Of a DNA stretch of 17,098 bases, positions 1 through 9,741 are shown piece by piece (the stretch's first letter is position 1; each line of letters begins with the position of its first letter). Source of the DNA: Oopsacas minuta (lineage: Eukaryota; Animalia; Porifera); contig JAKMXF010000108.1 in the NCBI GenBank assembly GCA_024704765.1, positions 5,131-22,228 on the forward strand. Reading direction: 5' to 3'. A program made the translations under genes and the position numbers. Below the pieces are notes generated by a model. It had not been told where the DNA came from and did no database searches. It was given only the letters and a program-made list of their open reading frames with translations.

Positions 1-492
1 ATCGCGAACACCTTGCCAGAAAAATGTCGTTTTCTCTGAATACTCGAGATATCTTTATACGACTGATGTGTAATAGTGATCCTGTCCTCAATATGTATAG
101 AAAATTTACAAAAGCAAGCAAGAAAACCCACTCTTCTGAACCTCCAGACCAAGAAATTCTTTTCTCACAATTAACTTGCTAATAAATAATGATTGAAACA
201 GATGGAAGCACAGGATACAATTTAAATGTGTGTATGTTAAATGTGTGTCTATGATCCAAAATAAGCTTTCTATCGCCTCTAGCAACTGAATTTTAAGCTC
301 AAAAACTATAATTTATGATAATATGAAAGGTGTCAATGACGTCATAACTTTTGAATGAGATGACCTAGATTTTTTTTTTATGCAGAAATCGTTTTCTCAG
401 GGGTAATTTCCTATTGGCTAATAATGCATTAAATATCTCTATCTTGCATGGTTTTCCTATTTCCATTTCACCCCCCAAAAATGCCCACTGTG
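1..492 (+). mobile_element. Transib (RAG1-core-like) DNA transposon copy A, 3' part with right end
   Basis: Transposase C-terminus at 3-182; ends in CCCACTGTG (484-492), the reverse complement of CACAGTGGG (RSS-heptamer-like Transib terminus); the next 5 bp are CTCAG (candidate TSD). Confidence 0.85.
3..182 (+). pseudogene. Transib/RAG1-like transposase, C-terminal fragment (runs off window start)
   Basis: Manual translation of frame 3: REHLARKMSFSLNTRDIFIRLMCNSDPVLNMYRKF...LTC*. Matches the Transib RExxARK..N..DIF.RL...SDP motif and is 16/29 identical to the copy C fragment. Not in the ORF track. Confidence 0.85.
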
Positions 493-794
493 CTCAGCTC
501 CTGCTCATATGTCCAAAGCAACCCAAACCTGGTTAAAGGACCATTATCCAGAGATAATCTCCCCTATGGAATTGCCAGCTTTGTCTCCTGATCTACATCC
601 GATGGACTTTGGTATTTGGCCAATTCTGGAGAGCAAAGCTTGCGTTAAACCCCACAAAAGTCTGGGGCTCTCTAGCATCATTAGTTCGGGAATGGTATCT
701 AATACCACAGGAAGTGCTGTCTTCCTCCTCAGATTGTTTCTAGAAACGTCTGAGCTCATGCATTCAGGCAAAGGGCGATATTTTAAATGGCTAG
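493..794 (+). pseudogene. maT (DD37D) transposase C-terminal half, frameshifted
   Basis: SAPAHMSKATQTWLKDHYPEIISPMELPALSPDLHPMDFGIWPILESKACVKPHKSL, then frameshift to LVREWYLIPQEVL...F*KRLSSCIQAKG. Confidence 0.88.
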
Positions 795-887
795 TATAGA
801 ATATATACAAAACTATGTGAAAACCTTCAATCACACTTATTTGATAAGTTTGCAATACCATTGAATTGAATATACAACGATAACTGA

Positions 888-912
888 GTTGCAGAACTTA
901 TGCCTAGCCCTG
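888..912 (-). repeat. maT right TIR (inward CAGGGCTAGGCATAAGTTCTGCAAC)
   Basis: Flanked by TA (913-914); 21/25 identical to 9391-9415. Confidence 0.85.
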
Positions 913-923
913 TACAGTAGAAG

Positions 924-1062
924 CTCGCAAACCGGGGCACTCGCAAACCGGGGCACCTCCCAAACCGGGGCACCTCCCAAACCGGGGCACCTTCCATCAA
1001 TTTTGGTTTTTCCCACCTAAATTTCTCTCCCAAACCCGGGCAAAGCTTGCAAATCGGGGCGC
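924..1062 (+). repeat. 16-17-bp subterminal direct repeats CTC(G/C)CAAACCGGGGCA(C): four tandem and two degenerate copies
   Basis: Units 924-939, 940-956, 957-973, 974-990; degenerate copies 1027-1042 and 1046-1062. Confidence 0.92.
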
Positions 1063-1225
1063 CTTGTTTCCATTGTATCTGTGCCTTAGTCTTCATTGTA
1101 TCCAGCCCTTAGGAAGCACTAAGCTGTATAAATTGTAGTCAATCAATTCTGGATAACAACCCGTTGAACAGAGAACAACCAAATTTATATTAATTGCTTA
1201 GTTTCCTTTTTACTATAAAAACTAC

Positions 1226-1381
1226 ATGTCTACTATCAAATCTTCACACAGGTCTGCCCTAACCATCGAACAACGACACAATGCTCTTAGGATGTTGGAT
1301 GATGGCAAGAGTGAGCGTATAGTGGCTGAATTCTTCAATGTGGGTAAAGGAACAATTAACCGTATCAAATCCAATCGCGTG
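1226..1381 (+). CDS. pogo/Tigger transposase N-terminal CENP-B-like HTH (partial, open to the gap)
   Basis: MSTIKSSHRSALTIEQRHNALRMLDDGKSERIVAEFFNVGKGTINRIKSNRV fits the Tigger N-terminal HTH pattern (LTIEQ..., G.S.R.vA..FnVgk.TI..IK). Absent from the ORF track. Confidence 0.85.
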
Positions 1382-1873
1382 NAAGAAAAATGGCTTGATA
1401 GATAAAAAGTATTTGGTGGAGATCAGATTTATGTACTAAATAAGTACCACAAACGAAAAAATTTAAATTGTCGATTGCATGAAAACTAGAGCATGCAGAA
1501 AGAAACTGATTGTAGATTTGAAATCAGCATCCCAAAATTATATAGAATCAATTGAAAAATCTCATGCAACAAAAAATGAAAAAAAAATTGTTGAGCAGTG
1601 TTATTTTGAAGATTACTAGGTTTTTTATCTATTGTAATATATGATTCAGTTATGTTCTATCAAATATATTTAACACCTATAATCTTTTTTTGGCTAAATT
1701 GCGGGGATTTTTTCTCTTGATGTTGGGTTTGAAAGAATTTATCCATGTCTCGTATCTTCTCCTGTTACTGAATACGAACATTTTAGTGACTAACTGAATA
1801 GCTCTTTCAACAGCTTGTGTATGGCATAGATATGCTGGATTTTCTATTGGGGCACTTTCACAATTAACGAAAA

Positions 1874-2400
1874 CAGGTTAACCTCTCAAATCGGCAGCTA
1901 TCGGTAGAATTATTCTGTGCCGCCTCTCGGAGGTTGCACATATACACCCATAATATATTATTCAAAAGCGAAAATAGCATATATCGATACTAATATAGTA
2001 GTAATCGGTCATAAGAACATCGGTTAGTGGATTCTAAATTCGTTATAAGTAGGTTTTTCTCTATTTGTGATGTTCCTATAACCGATTACTACTGGCGACC
2101 TAATACATACTAAAAAACCATTAAGAATTGATTGGCTAAATTCCAATCACTTGATCTTGTACTCCACACATGATTCTATCGTGCCAGCAATCCCCGAAGC
2201 CTCCGCTACGTAGCCACACACTTCCAAGAATTTTTGAACGTTTTCCAGGGCTAACATCACCTTTTTATATGTGTTCAACACAAGTGCAATATCCTCTACA
2301 ATTTCTACATCATGGTCACTTTCAGGAACTATGATCTCACCTTCTTCCGCAGGTTGACCGATATCTTTCCTGTGTGATAATATCAAGACAAAGATTTCTG
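1874..2400 (-). mobile_element. Probable pogo/Tigger 3' fragment
   Basis: ORF 2147-2386 is acidic then KKVMLALENVQKFLE, followed by SQSILNGFL, resembling the Tigger C-terminus. Pogo-like TIR CAGGTTAACCTCTCAAATCGG at 1874 (15/21 to the TIR at 915; preceded by AA, not TA). Confidence 0.55.
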
Positions 2401-3021
2401 AAATTTTGTTTATAATATCATATTTGGATTCAGCATATTCGATTACCGCAAAATATCCGATGAAAGTATGAATCTAATACGAATTAACACTTGCTTACTT
2501 TATGTCCTGTATCTCTGCCACCTGTAAATTAAGTAACACAAATGCTAGTTTTCAAATACTTTTGTCCAATTGGAGTATAGCATATACAGTTAAAGGACAA
2601 AAGCATTCTACCAATTCAGAATTGCAAATATTTTGTTATATTATTATTCACCCTTGAACTGAGATGTTCTGATGCGTCGATATCCGTAAATCTACATAAA
2701 TGAATCTTGTTCACACTTATTCTCTACTTTATAACCAATAGATATTTATCCATCAGAGTAATTAGATTTAGTTTGATGTATGTACTTGGATAGATGCTGT
2801 TAATGGCCGAATGCTTTTGTACTTTAACATTATATATATATGTTGATGCACGCATATACTCGCACAGATTTGATTGTAGATTATTGTAATTGATGATCCT
2901 ATTATTATCGCACCAGAATTGATTCAAGAAGCTGTAAGAGCCATATCGCATTTTTTTGTATGTAGCACTCAAATCATAATCAAAGCAAAGCAAATCCTTT
3001 TAAATACCAATTAGATTCTTC

Positions 3022-4020
3022 CACAGTGGGTAATTTTGTGTGAATATTCAGTAGGCTATACCTTCGACAATTGTTATTATTGTCGATGAATTTTAGCTAC
3101 TGGTATTTAACTAAAGACAATTCTTTTTTGCATGTCAGATTTTGTGAATGACTTAGCATTTGACAATTATGACATCATATTAAATTTCCAAAAATATTCA
3201 AAATTTTTCTTTTGTATTACGCACGAATATATAGGATATTCAATATTATTGCATGTTTCAATAACTAATACCAGTAACTAGGTAACGCATTAGTTATTGA
3301 AGAATCGTATCCCAATCTTGTATGAAGCATAAAATTGTGTTTCGGATATGTAGTATGAGAATGTGTTATTTTAGATCAACTACAAAATAGATATATTTAT
3401 TTAACCCTAAAGTAGTGTATCTCAAATTATTTCACATAAATATTAGTGATATAAAGCTGTAAATTTAACTTACACTTCATAAAGTAAGTCAAATATTTCT
3501 GGATACTAAAGAGGGCAATCGAAGTGCTAAAGTAGATGTCAATTTAGGAAGTAGAATAATTGGAGGAAAACTTGAAATCGAGCTACAATTATCAACGTTC
3601 TCCTAAGATATGAAGAACCACCATTTGGCGTGTACTCGGCTTAGATAAACAATGCACCACGATCATTCGATTATAATCTTGAACAAATGGTTCCTAAACA
3701 GCAGGACTATATTACAAGTACTGAAACTCCATTCTAATTATACCCATCAGTCTCAAATCCAATTGGAGTAATAGTCCTCTGCATTGACCACATAAATCTC
3801 TTGAGATGTATCATCACACTCTTTACGATCTATTCAAGAACCCCTAATGTACCCGCTCAACTTTATAGTTAAACATGGTGTAGATGGGTCGGGAAGTCAA
3901 GGTTGTCTAATCTTAGATCTCAAACGGCTCGTAATCGTTCACATTTTCTTTTGTTTATGGTTTCTCCTTTTGAATTGAAAGATTATCAAGGAAATTTTAT
4001 CTACCTAATCAATAACCAAT
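3022..4020 (+). mobile_element. Transib (RAG1-core-like) copy B, left end and degraded 5' coding region
   Basis: Starts CACAGTGGG (3022-3030); ATGACATCAT at 3169-3178; first catalytic Asp motif at 3862-3900; truncated where the minisatellite begins. Confidence 0.75.
3805..4019 (+). pseudogene. Transib/RAG1-like transposase fragment containing the first catalytic Asp
   Basis: DVSSHSLRSIQEPLMYPLNFIVKHGVDGSGSQ (Asp codon 3883-3885), comparable to RAG1 GPFTVVVKESCDGMGDV and Transib K.G.DGS; then frameshifted HFLLFMVSPFELKDYQGNFIYLINN. Confidence 0.75.
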
Positions 4021-4035
4021 TTCTAGATTTGATTC

Positions 4036-4740
4036 AATTACAAATTTCGTAACATGGGAATTTTGATACTAAACCATTCAAATGTTATTGAATGAATTCC
4101 AAATTCGGCACTACAGGCATTTTAATACTGAACCATACAAATCTATTTTGAATCATTATACAAATTTCGGGATATGGGAATTTTGATGCTGAACAATTCA
4201 AATGTTGTTGAATGAATTACAAATTTGGCACCACTGGAATATTGATACTGAACAATACAAATCTTATTAAATCATTTCTAATTATCGCACTACAGTAACT
4301 TTGTTCCTGAACTATACAAAAGTCTTAGAATCAATTACAAATTTCGCCCAGTAGAAATTTGATACATAACTATGTAAGTGTTTTTTATTTAATTACAAAT
4401 TTTGTAACATGGGAATTTTGATACTGAACCAATCAAATTTAATTCAATTAATTACGAGCTGGGCACCACAGGAAATTTCATACTGAAACATAAATCTTTT
4501 TGAAACAATTACAAATTTTGTAACAAGGGAATTTGGATCCTGAAGTATAGAAATGTTAAAAATTAATTCCAAATTTCGTAACATGCGATTCTGGTTCAGA
4601 AGCATAGAAATTTTATCCAACCATTTACATATTTTGTAATATGGTAATTCTGATTCTGCAGCATACAAATGTTTTTTAAACTATTACAAATTGTGAAACA
4701 AGGGAAGTGGATACTGAAGTATACAAATGTAACTGAAGTA
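4036..4740. repeat. Degenerate ~59-bp minisatellite, about 12 units
   Basis: Consensus ~AATTACAAATTTCGTAACATGGGAATTTTGATACTGAACCATACAAATGTTATTGAAT. Manual anchor spacings: 59,61,59,59,58,59,59,57,57,59,58. Confidence 0.9.
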
Positions 4741-5005
4741 ATTATATATCGTGAACACGCATTCATAATTTGTCCATTATTTGATGTTTCTTTATTCCAT
4801 AGAAACAAAATTGTGAGCACTAGTACTCAAACTACCCACTTTTCTCTTGAAACAACAGCTAATCAAATTCAATTGTTCATACAGCTAGTCGATTATAAAT
4901 AGTGGTAGGATAATTCTTGTAAACAAATTCTTCATTCTTAATTTTTTTTCCTTTTTTGGTTTCTTTTATGATTTCATTACCTTGCACTCCACCGTTGCCC
5001 TCATT

Positions 5006-5260
5006 ATGAAAGAAATGCAGGGAGTACGTGAGGAACGTTCTGGATTGATTAGTAAAATCAAAGAGATGAGTAATGAAATTTTGATGCTCACCTGGAGCCT
5101 TGCTGACCTCAACCAAGCGAAGTATGAATTGGAGAAGAGGATTGAGGACTTATTTCGAATCAACTCGTCTCTTATAGAGAGGAACCGTCTTCTCTCTGAA
5201 GAAATTCAAAAGTTATTCTATATTTTATACCAAGTATTGCAATATCTATCAATAAACTAA
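5006..5260 (+). CDS. Short predicted coiled-coil ORF of unknown origin
   Basis: MKEMQGVREERSGLISKIKEMSNEILMLTWSLADLNQAKYELEKRIEDLFRINSSLIERNRLLSEEIQKL; heptad-like Leu/Ile periodicity, E/K/R-rich; no family recognised. Confidence 0.35.
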   Translation: MKEMQGVREERSGLISKIKEMSNEILMLTWSLADLNQAKYELEKRIEDLFRINSSLIERNRLLSEEIQKLFYILYQVLQYLSIN

Positions 5261-6640
5261 ATCAAGATATTCCTCACTTTCAATTACCTTCAAAATATTC
5301 CGTTGGGTTGGGCCTAACTGGCACAATCTAAATAATTGATCGCCATTATCATGTACCTATGGTGGTCAAAATCACAAATAATGGCAGTATAACCACTTAC
5401 TGAACGACATTCACATTATATAAGAATCAAATATATTTATCATTCAGGGTGTGAAACTTGGTCCACTTCTCGAATAGTTGAACATCATGACCTACATTCA
5501 ACCAAATTCTATTACAGTTTGTTCCTTCGTAAGCTTGAAATGTTCATTCTATTCTCAAATCGGTGTCATGGAAGTGTGATCACTCTTCCACATGAAATAA
5601 ATATTTCCAACCTCAAAGGGGTGCTGTTTCTATGTGTTGCCCTACTTTCTACTTTCTATAGACACTACCCGAAATGTCACTATCCAGTTTACACTCTTAA
5701 TATGCTTTACAATTTTGTGCACTTTTTTTTATTATTTTACCTAACTATATCATTGGTTCCAAGTATGTTGTTTTTGCATTTCCTACAAGAGTAATTCTAT
5801 ATCTTTTGTGTTAGAATTTGTGATGTAAACTGAACTAGAAATTTTGATCTTGTTTTTCAATCATGATAGAGCATTTCCATAACCTCTATTGTATTACCTC
5901 TCTCAGAACCTTACCATTCCAATTCCCAGGGTTGTCATTACTCTATTATCCATCACATTTTATTGTCCTTTGGCTTAGGTTTTCCTTCTGCCACAAACAC
6001 TTTTAATTCTCAAGGAATTGCCCTAATAAGTGGTTACTGATAACCGATTATGGGTACATGAAGCAAGTTAACACATCCCTACCCTAAACTACATTTTCTG
6101 ATATTTCCTCACAATCATATCACATTTATTTATTCAGGACTAAATTCCATCTTTTCTTCGACAGCATCGAATATACTTCAATCTAATTAGCTTGTTTCTT
6201 ACAATTTCGTTACAAGAATATCCGAACACTTCAAGTACAAAATTTTTGTTGTTGTGAGATTGGTTAGAGACTACCTATTCTATTGTTGTGTTGGAAATTT
6301 CCTCAGTGTCTATCTATGGTTGTGCACATTGTGGATACCGACTCGCAATCACAGTTGGCGTGGGCAATTTATGGCATCCTGTTACTAACTGTAACATTTG
6401 GTACTATGGGCGAAGATGCAGGCCATGTGGTATCGCATTATGAATTGTTTGTCATTTCTGATTGTCTTGTCACAATTGTTTAGGTGGAATGTGGAATACC
6501 ATAATATGGTGAACAATATTCATTATGATTGAAATAGTTAATCTAATCCCAATTGTGAGGCAATGAATATGTGTATTCGTCCTAAGGTATATTCTTCACC
6601 CACATTGAGATGTACATCTGGGCATTATTAAGTCAAATTC

Positions 6641-6797
6641 TTCTAAGAATTATTCTTAACTTGATTCCAACAATTCATGAAATATTCTTAGTTTTCGTTA
6701 AGAACTCTTAACTTGGCTATACTGAACGGATTCTAAGAAAAAGTCTTAGAATAACTCTTAGAATTAAGCAATTCTCAGAAATATTCATAGAATTGGG
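6641..6797. repeat. Array of TTCTAAGAA/TCTTAGAA-like motifs with an imperfect inverted repeat (Harbinger subterminal region or Tourist-like MITE)
   Basis: Motif copies at 6641, 6731, 6743, 6755, 6772, 6784 plus weaker ones; CAATTCATGAA (6671) is inverted relative to TTCATAGAATTGGG (6784-6797). Confidence 0.6.
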
Positions 6798-6961
6798 TTG
6801 TTCTACTTGATTGATTCTTGCTATTGATTAATAAAATTTATGCCAATTCTTTCGACTTCAATCGCTTATTGAGAAGATATGCGCATAGTATAAAATAAAT
6901 TGCCCCACCCAATGGAAGGATATTCATTTCATTTCTCATTTGTCGACTATTGTATAAACTC

Positions 6962-8003
6962 ATGGCCTTGCTTTTTGTTCTTTTGGAGCTGGAAATAGGC
7001 AGTTTTACAACACCAGAGAATATTTCGTGATAGGTTAAACCCTCTTGATGCGTACAGAGATGTAGAGTTTATTTCTCGTTATAGAATCAGAAGAGAAATG
7101 TTCTTAGAATTGCATGATAAAAATGAGACTTTCATGTCTCGATCTACAAGCCGATCTCGTCCAATTGGTGACAACTCAATTAGCGGTCACTCTTCAGATT
7201 CTAGCTACGGATAGTTTCCAAACTGTGGTTGCATCCGCTCATGGAATTTCCCAGCCATTTGTGTCCAACTTTGTTAGAGGTGTAAGAGATGTATTGTGCT
7301 CGATTGCGAAAGAGTATATCCAGTTTCAAACTGCTGCTAGGCAGATGGGCATGCAGCATGGACTTATGGAAAAGTTCGGGTTTCCTAAAGTGTTAGGTTG
7401 CATTGACGGCACACACATCCCAATTGTTCCACCTAGCACCAACGAAGAAATTTATGTTAATCGTAAAAATTTCATTCAATTAACGTCCAAGCGATAAGCG
7501 ACGATGTATTCAAGTTTATTGATGTAGTTGTGGAGTGGCCAGGCATCACACATGACGCGTTCATATGGAGGCAATTAGGAATCAAGCTTAAGATCACCAG
7601 TAAAGAAATTCCAATTATTGATGGATGGTTTCTCGGTGATAGTGGTTTTCCATTGCGCCCAAATTTAATGACTCCATTACTATCTCCTGTTACACCTCGC
7701 GAAAGAAGGTATAATCGTGCTTTCCTGAAGACTCGAAAGACAATTGAATGTAGCTTTGGAATATGGAAGAGCAGATGGAGATCAATGGACAAGACTGGTG
7801 GTAGTTTGTGCTATAGACCAGAGAGGGTTTGCAAACTAATCTTATCTTCCATGATACTTCATAATCTTTGTGTTGTTTGTTGTCTTCAAATTGATATTGA
7901 AAACTTGGAAAGTGACATGCCCTACACCGAAACAGAAGACACTGAACATTCAGATAATAGGATTTTAGTTAGAGAAAATATATTTATAAATTATTTCACA
8001 TGA
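6962..8003 (+). pseudogene. HARBI1-like PIF/Harbinger DDE transposase with at least three frameshifts
   Basis: RIFRDRLNPLDAY...FISRYR; GFPKVLGCIDGTHIPI; NRKNF/SINVQAI; WPGITHDAFIW; LGDSGFPLRPNLMTP; YNRAFLKTRKTIECSFGIWKSRW; LHNLC. Confidence 0.95.
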
Positions 8004-8078
8004 TATAGGAAGTTTAATTTGTTAACTAAGCACATGAATGAATTAGGCTCTGATTTACTTGTAACATAATAATCTTAA

Positions 8079-8863
8079 TTAAGGACTCCTAATCTTGACA
8101 TTGAAGTAATGAGGCAGTGAAGACAAATTAGAAGTAAGAAATGAAGGGGGCAATGTCTGAAAATGCGGCAGAGGACGCATAGTTTGAGCCATCAGAAGAG
8201 AAGTGTCTTTGATTGGTTCGCTGCTGTGTTTCAAAATCTGGATCACTCGATCAAATTTACTCTCAAACCGATCTAGTTTAGAATCGATGTTAGTCAAAAT
8301 CTAGAATTTCTTATCTTCTTTCTCCAAAATTGCACATTTGGTCGATTCCAATTCGTCATTTTCCAAACGATGACGTTTTCTTGGCGCTTGAAGGAAAAAC
8401 TTTATTTGTTCAATATCTTCAGAGGGAACTGGTCTTATCAGCATCCTTTCAGTTTCATCGTTTGCACACTGGGATTCAAGAGAAAGATCGATAACCGCGT
8501 CAATGGCTTCAAAAGCTTCCTTCCATTTGATGCTACTGATTTTAGCTTCTATTTCATTTAAATTAGCATCTGCAGGACCTCCTTCAGTTTTCTTGCTCAT
8601 GCTAACTTATCTGCAATAAGAGGCTTATGTTTTAGTATTTTATACCATTTTTTCATGACATCATCTCTTGTTCTTACATTCCCATGTAATTCAGACAGTC
8701 TTCCTGAAATCTTTTCACAGATTTTGTTCTTATCATCGAAAGTCAGAGTTGATATTCGAGCGCCGAACAATCTCGATTTTTGATCATGAACAAGGGTCAC
8801 GAGTCACATAATCTTCTGCTGAGTAAAATTCTTCGAACGAGATTTCGATTTTTCTGTGGTCAT
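8079..8863 (-). pseudogene. Harbinger accessory Myb/SANT-like DNA-binding protein, disrupted
   Basis: MTTEKSKSRSKNFTQQKIM*LVTLVHDQKSRLFG...KNKICEKIS...RTRDDVMKKW, then KKTEGGPA; pieces correspond to ORFs 8597-8800, 8301-8600 and 8079-8297. Confidence 0.9.
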
Positions 8864-8942
8864 AATGCGAACGATTGGTAAGATACGGGTGGGCCAATAA
8901 AAACATAAGCGTACTAAATTTGTTATTTCTCTACTTTCTTTA

Positions 8943-9388
8943 AGGGTAGAGAATTAAAACTTAAACATTATCTAATTCCAAGTATTTAAATCAAAAAAGC
9001 AAGTTTATACTATCCTAGCTCAAGTTGTTCTTGATCTATAGAACATGTTCGAGATGGCACCCATTTAGATTTGTGCATTTTTCAGTCATAAAACAAAGTT
9101 CTGCATCACTGATTTGCAGGTTGTCCTTGAGATGCTTCTCATCTCTTTCTGGATCTTTCTCTAGTTCTCCGAGTGTCCTTTCCTTTGTAGCATATACCCT
9201 GTCCTTCAGAAACCTCCAGAGGTAATAGTCTGAAGGACTGAGATCCGGAGAGTAGGGTGCCCACTCATGGTCACACCTGCGACAAATTATTCGGCTTCCG
9301 AAGTGGTTCTTGATCCAATCTAGGCTTTTGTTGGAGGTATGGGGTGTTGCTCCCCTGTTAGAACCAGAATTTGGGCAGGGATCCTCTA
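8943..9388 (-). mobile_element. Tc1/mariner DD41D (rosa/Visitor-type) element, 3' part
   Basis: Transposase C-terminus on the minus strand; probable TIR AGGGTAGAGAATTAAAAC after TA at 8941-8942 (terminal C missing). Confidence 0.8.
9036..9388 (-). pseudogene. DD41D mariner transposase C-terminal fragment
   Basis: WF*Q(D, 2-nt deletion)GATPHTSNKSLDWIKNHFGSRIICRRCDHEWAPYSPDLSPSDYYLWRFLKDRVY...NGCHLEHVL*; 41 residues between the second and third catalytic positions. Confidence 0.88.
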
Positions 9389-9390
9389 TA

Positions 9391-9487
9391 GAGGGTTAGG
9401 CATAAGTTTTGCACCAAACTTCTCAAATAAATGTCCCGAGTATTTTCTATCATGCATTTTTCTATGGGTTGTAGAATATACTTAGAG
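9391..9487 (+). mobile_element. maT-family left end, same TIR family as 888-912
   Basis: TA + GAGGGTTAGGCATAAGTTTTGCACC, 21/25 to the 888-912 TIR; diverges after 25 bp, as expected for the opposite end. Confidence 0.75.
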
Positions 9488-9739
9488 CAGTGGCGCCGCT
9501 AGGAATTTCTTCAAGGGGGGGGCGGTCAAGGTGGTTGCCAATACATTGGGATCTAATTGTTTACTAATTCACGCCCAAGGTCTAGAGTAAATCATCCACT
9601 CACATTTTGGATTGAGAGGATACTCTCTAGGAATATTGTATCAGTGCTAGACAGTCAACATATTATAGTATATCAAAAAATTGAACTCAAGTAGATTTCT
9701 GTGTAACAGGAACTGTGACAAATACTTAGGTAATTCATG
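9488..9739. mobile_element. hAT-type terminal fragment
   Basis: CAGTGGCGCCGCTAGG terminus preceded by the 8-mer ACTTAGAG (nnnTAnnn pattern); partner end not seen; internal boundary set by the next insertion. Confidence 0.55.
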
Positions 9740-9741
9740 TA

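Larger units (their letters stand above)
493..912 (+). mobile_element. Tc1/mariner DD37D (maT) element, 3' half with right TIR
   Basis: Begins at the last base of the second catalytic Asp codon (C TCA GCT CCT GCT CAT = SAPAH); 37 residues to the Asp of SPDLHPMD; TIR 888-912 followed by TA. Confidence 0.88.
915..1381 (+). mobile_element. pogo/Tigger element, 5' end (cut by gap at 1382)
   Basis: TA + CAGTAGAAGCTCG terminus, subterminal direct repeats, then a CENP-B-type HTH reading frame. Confidence 0.85.
6641..8940. mobile_element. PIF/Harbinger element with convergent DDE transposase and Myb/SANT genes; ends not defined
   Basis: Two-gene tail-to-tail layout typical of Harbinger; right side interrupted by a mariner at TA 8941-8942. 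Confidence 0.88.

Noticed and set aside
450-492. RSS-like heptamer CACAGTG + 27-bp spacer + AGGAAAACC (7/9 to nonamer ACAAAAACC), reminiscent of ProtoRAG spacing
   Set aside because: The nonamer-like word is not conserved in ends B or C and there is no 12/23 spacing; likely chance in A-rich sequence.
924-990. CRISPR-like array
   Set aside because: Repeats are directly tandem with no spacers, lie in a pogo subterminal position, and the context is eukaryotic.
544-1096. Minus-strand ORFs 544-861 and 827-1096, and other antisense ORFs such as 7472-7792, 8370-8561, 9025-9225, 13787-14020 and 14603-14854
   Set aside because: Shadows of transposase sequence or of tandem repeats on the opposite strand; no independent motifs.
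1383-1620. Short coding-like stretch (...IVDCMKTRACRKKLIVDLKSASQNYIESIEK...)
   Set aside because: Interrupted by stops, follows a gap, and no family motif is recognised.
2880-3015. Possible second Tigger C-terminal remnant on the + strand (PELIQEAVRAISHFF)
   Set aside because: Similarity too short and no TIR found.
4036-4740. Minisatellite as a coding leucine-rich repeat (ILILNxTN)
   Set aside because: The modal unit is 59 bp, not a multiple of 3, and all frames have frequent stops; ORFs 4444-4668, 4596-4820 and 4669-4902 are by-products.
5900-6630. Possible degraded accessory-protein gene on the minus strand
   Set aside because: Only low-complexity S/T/P-rich frames with many stops; nothing diagnostic.
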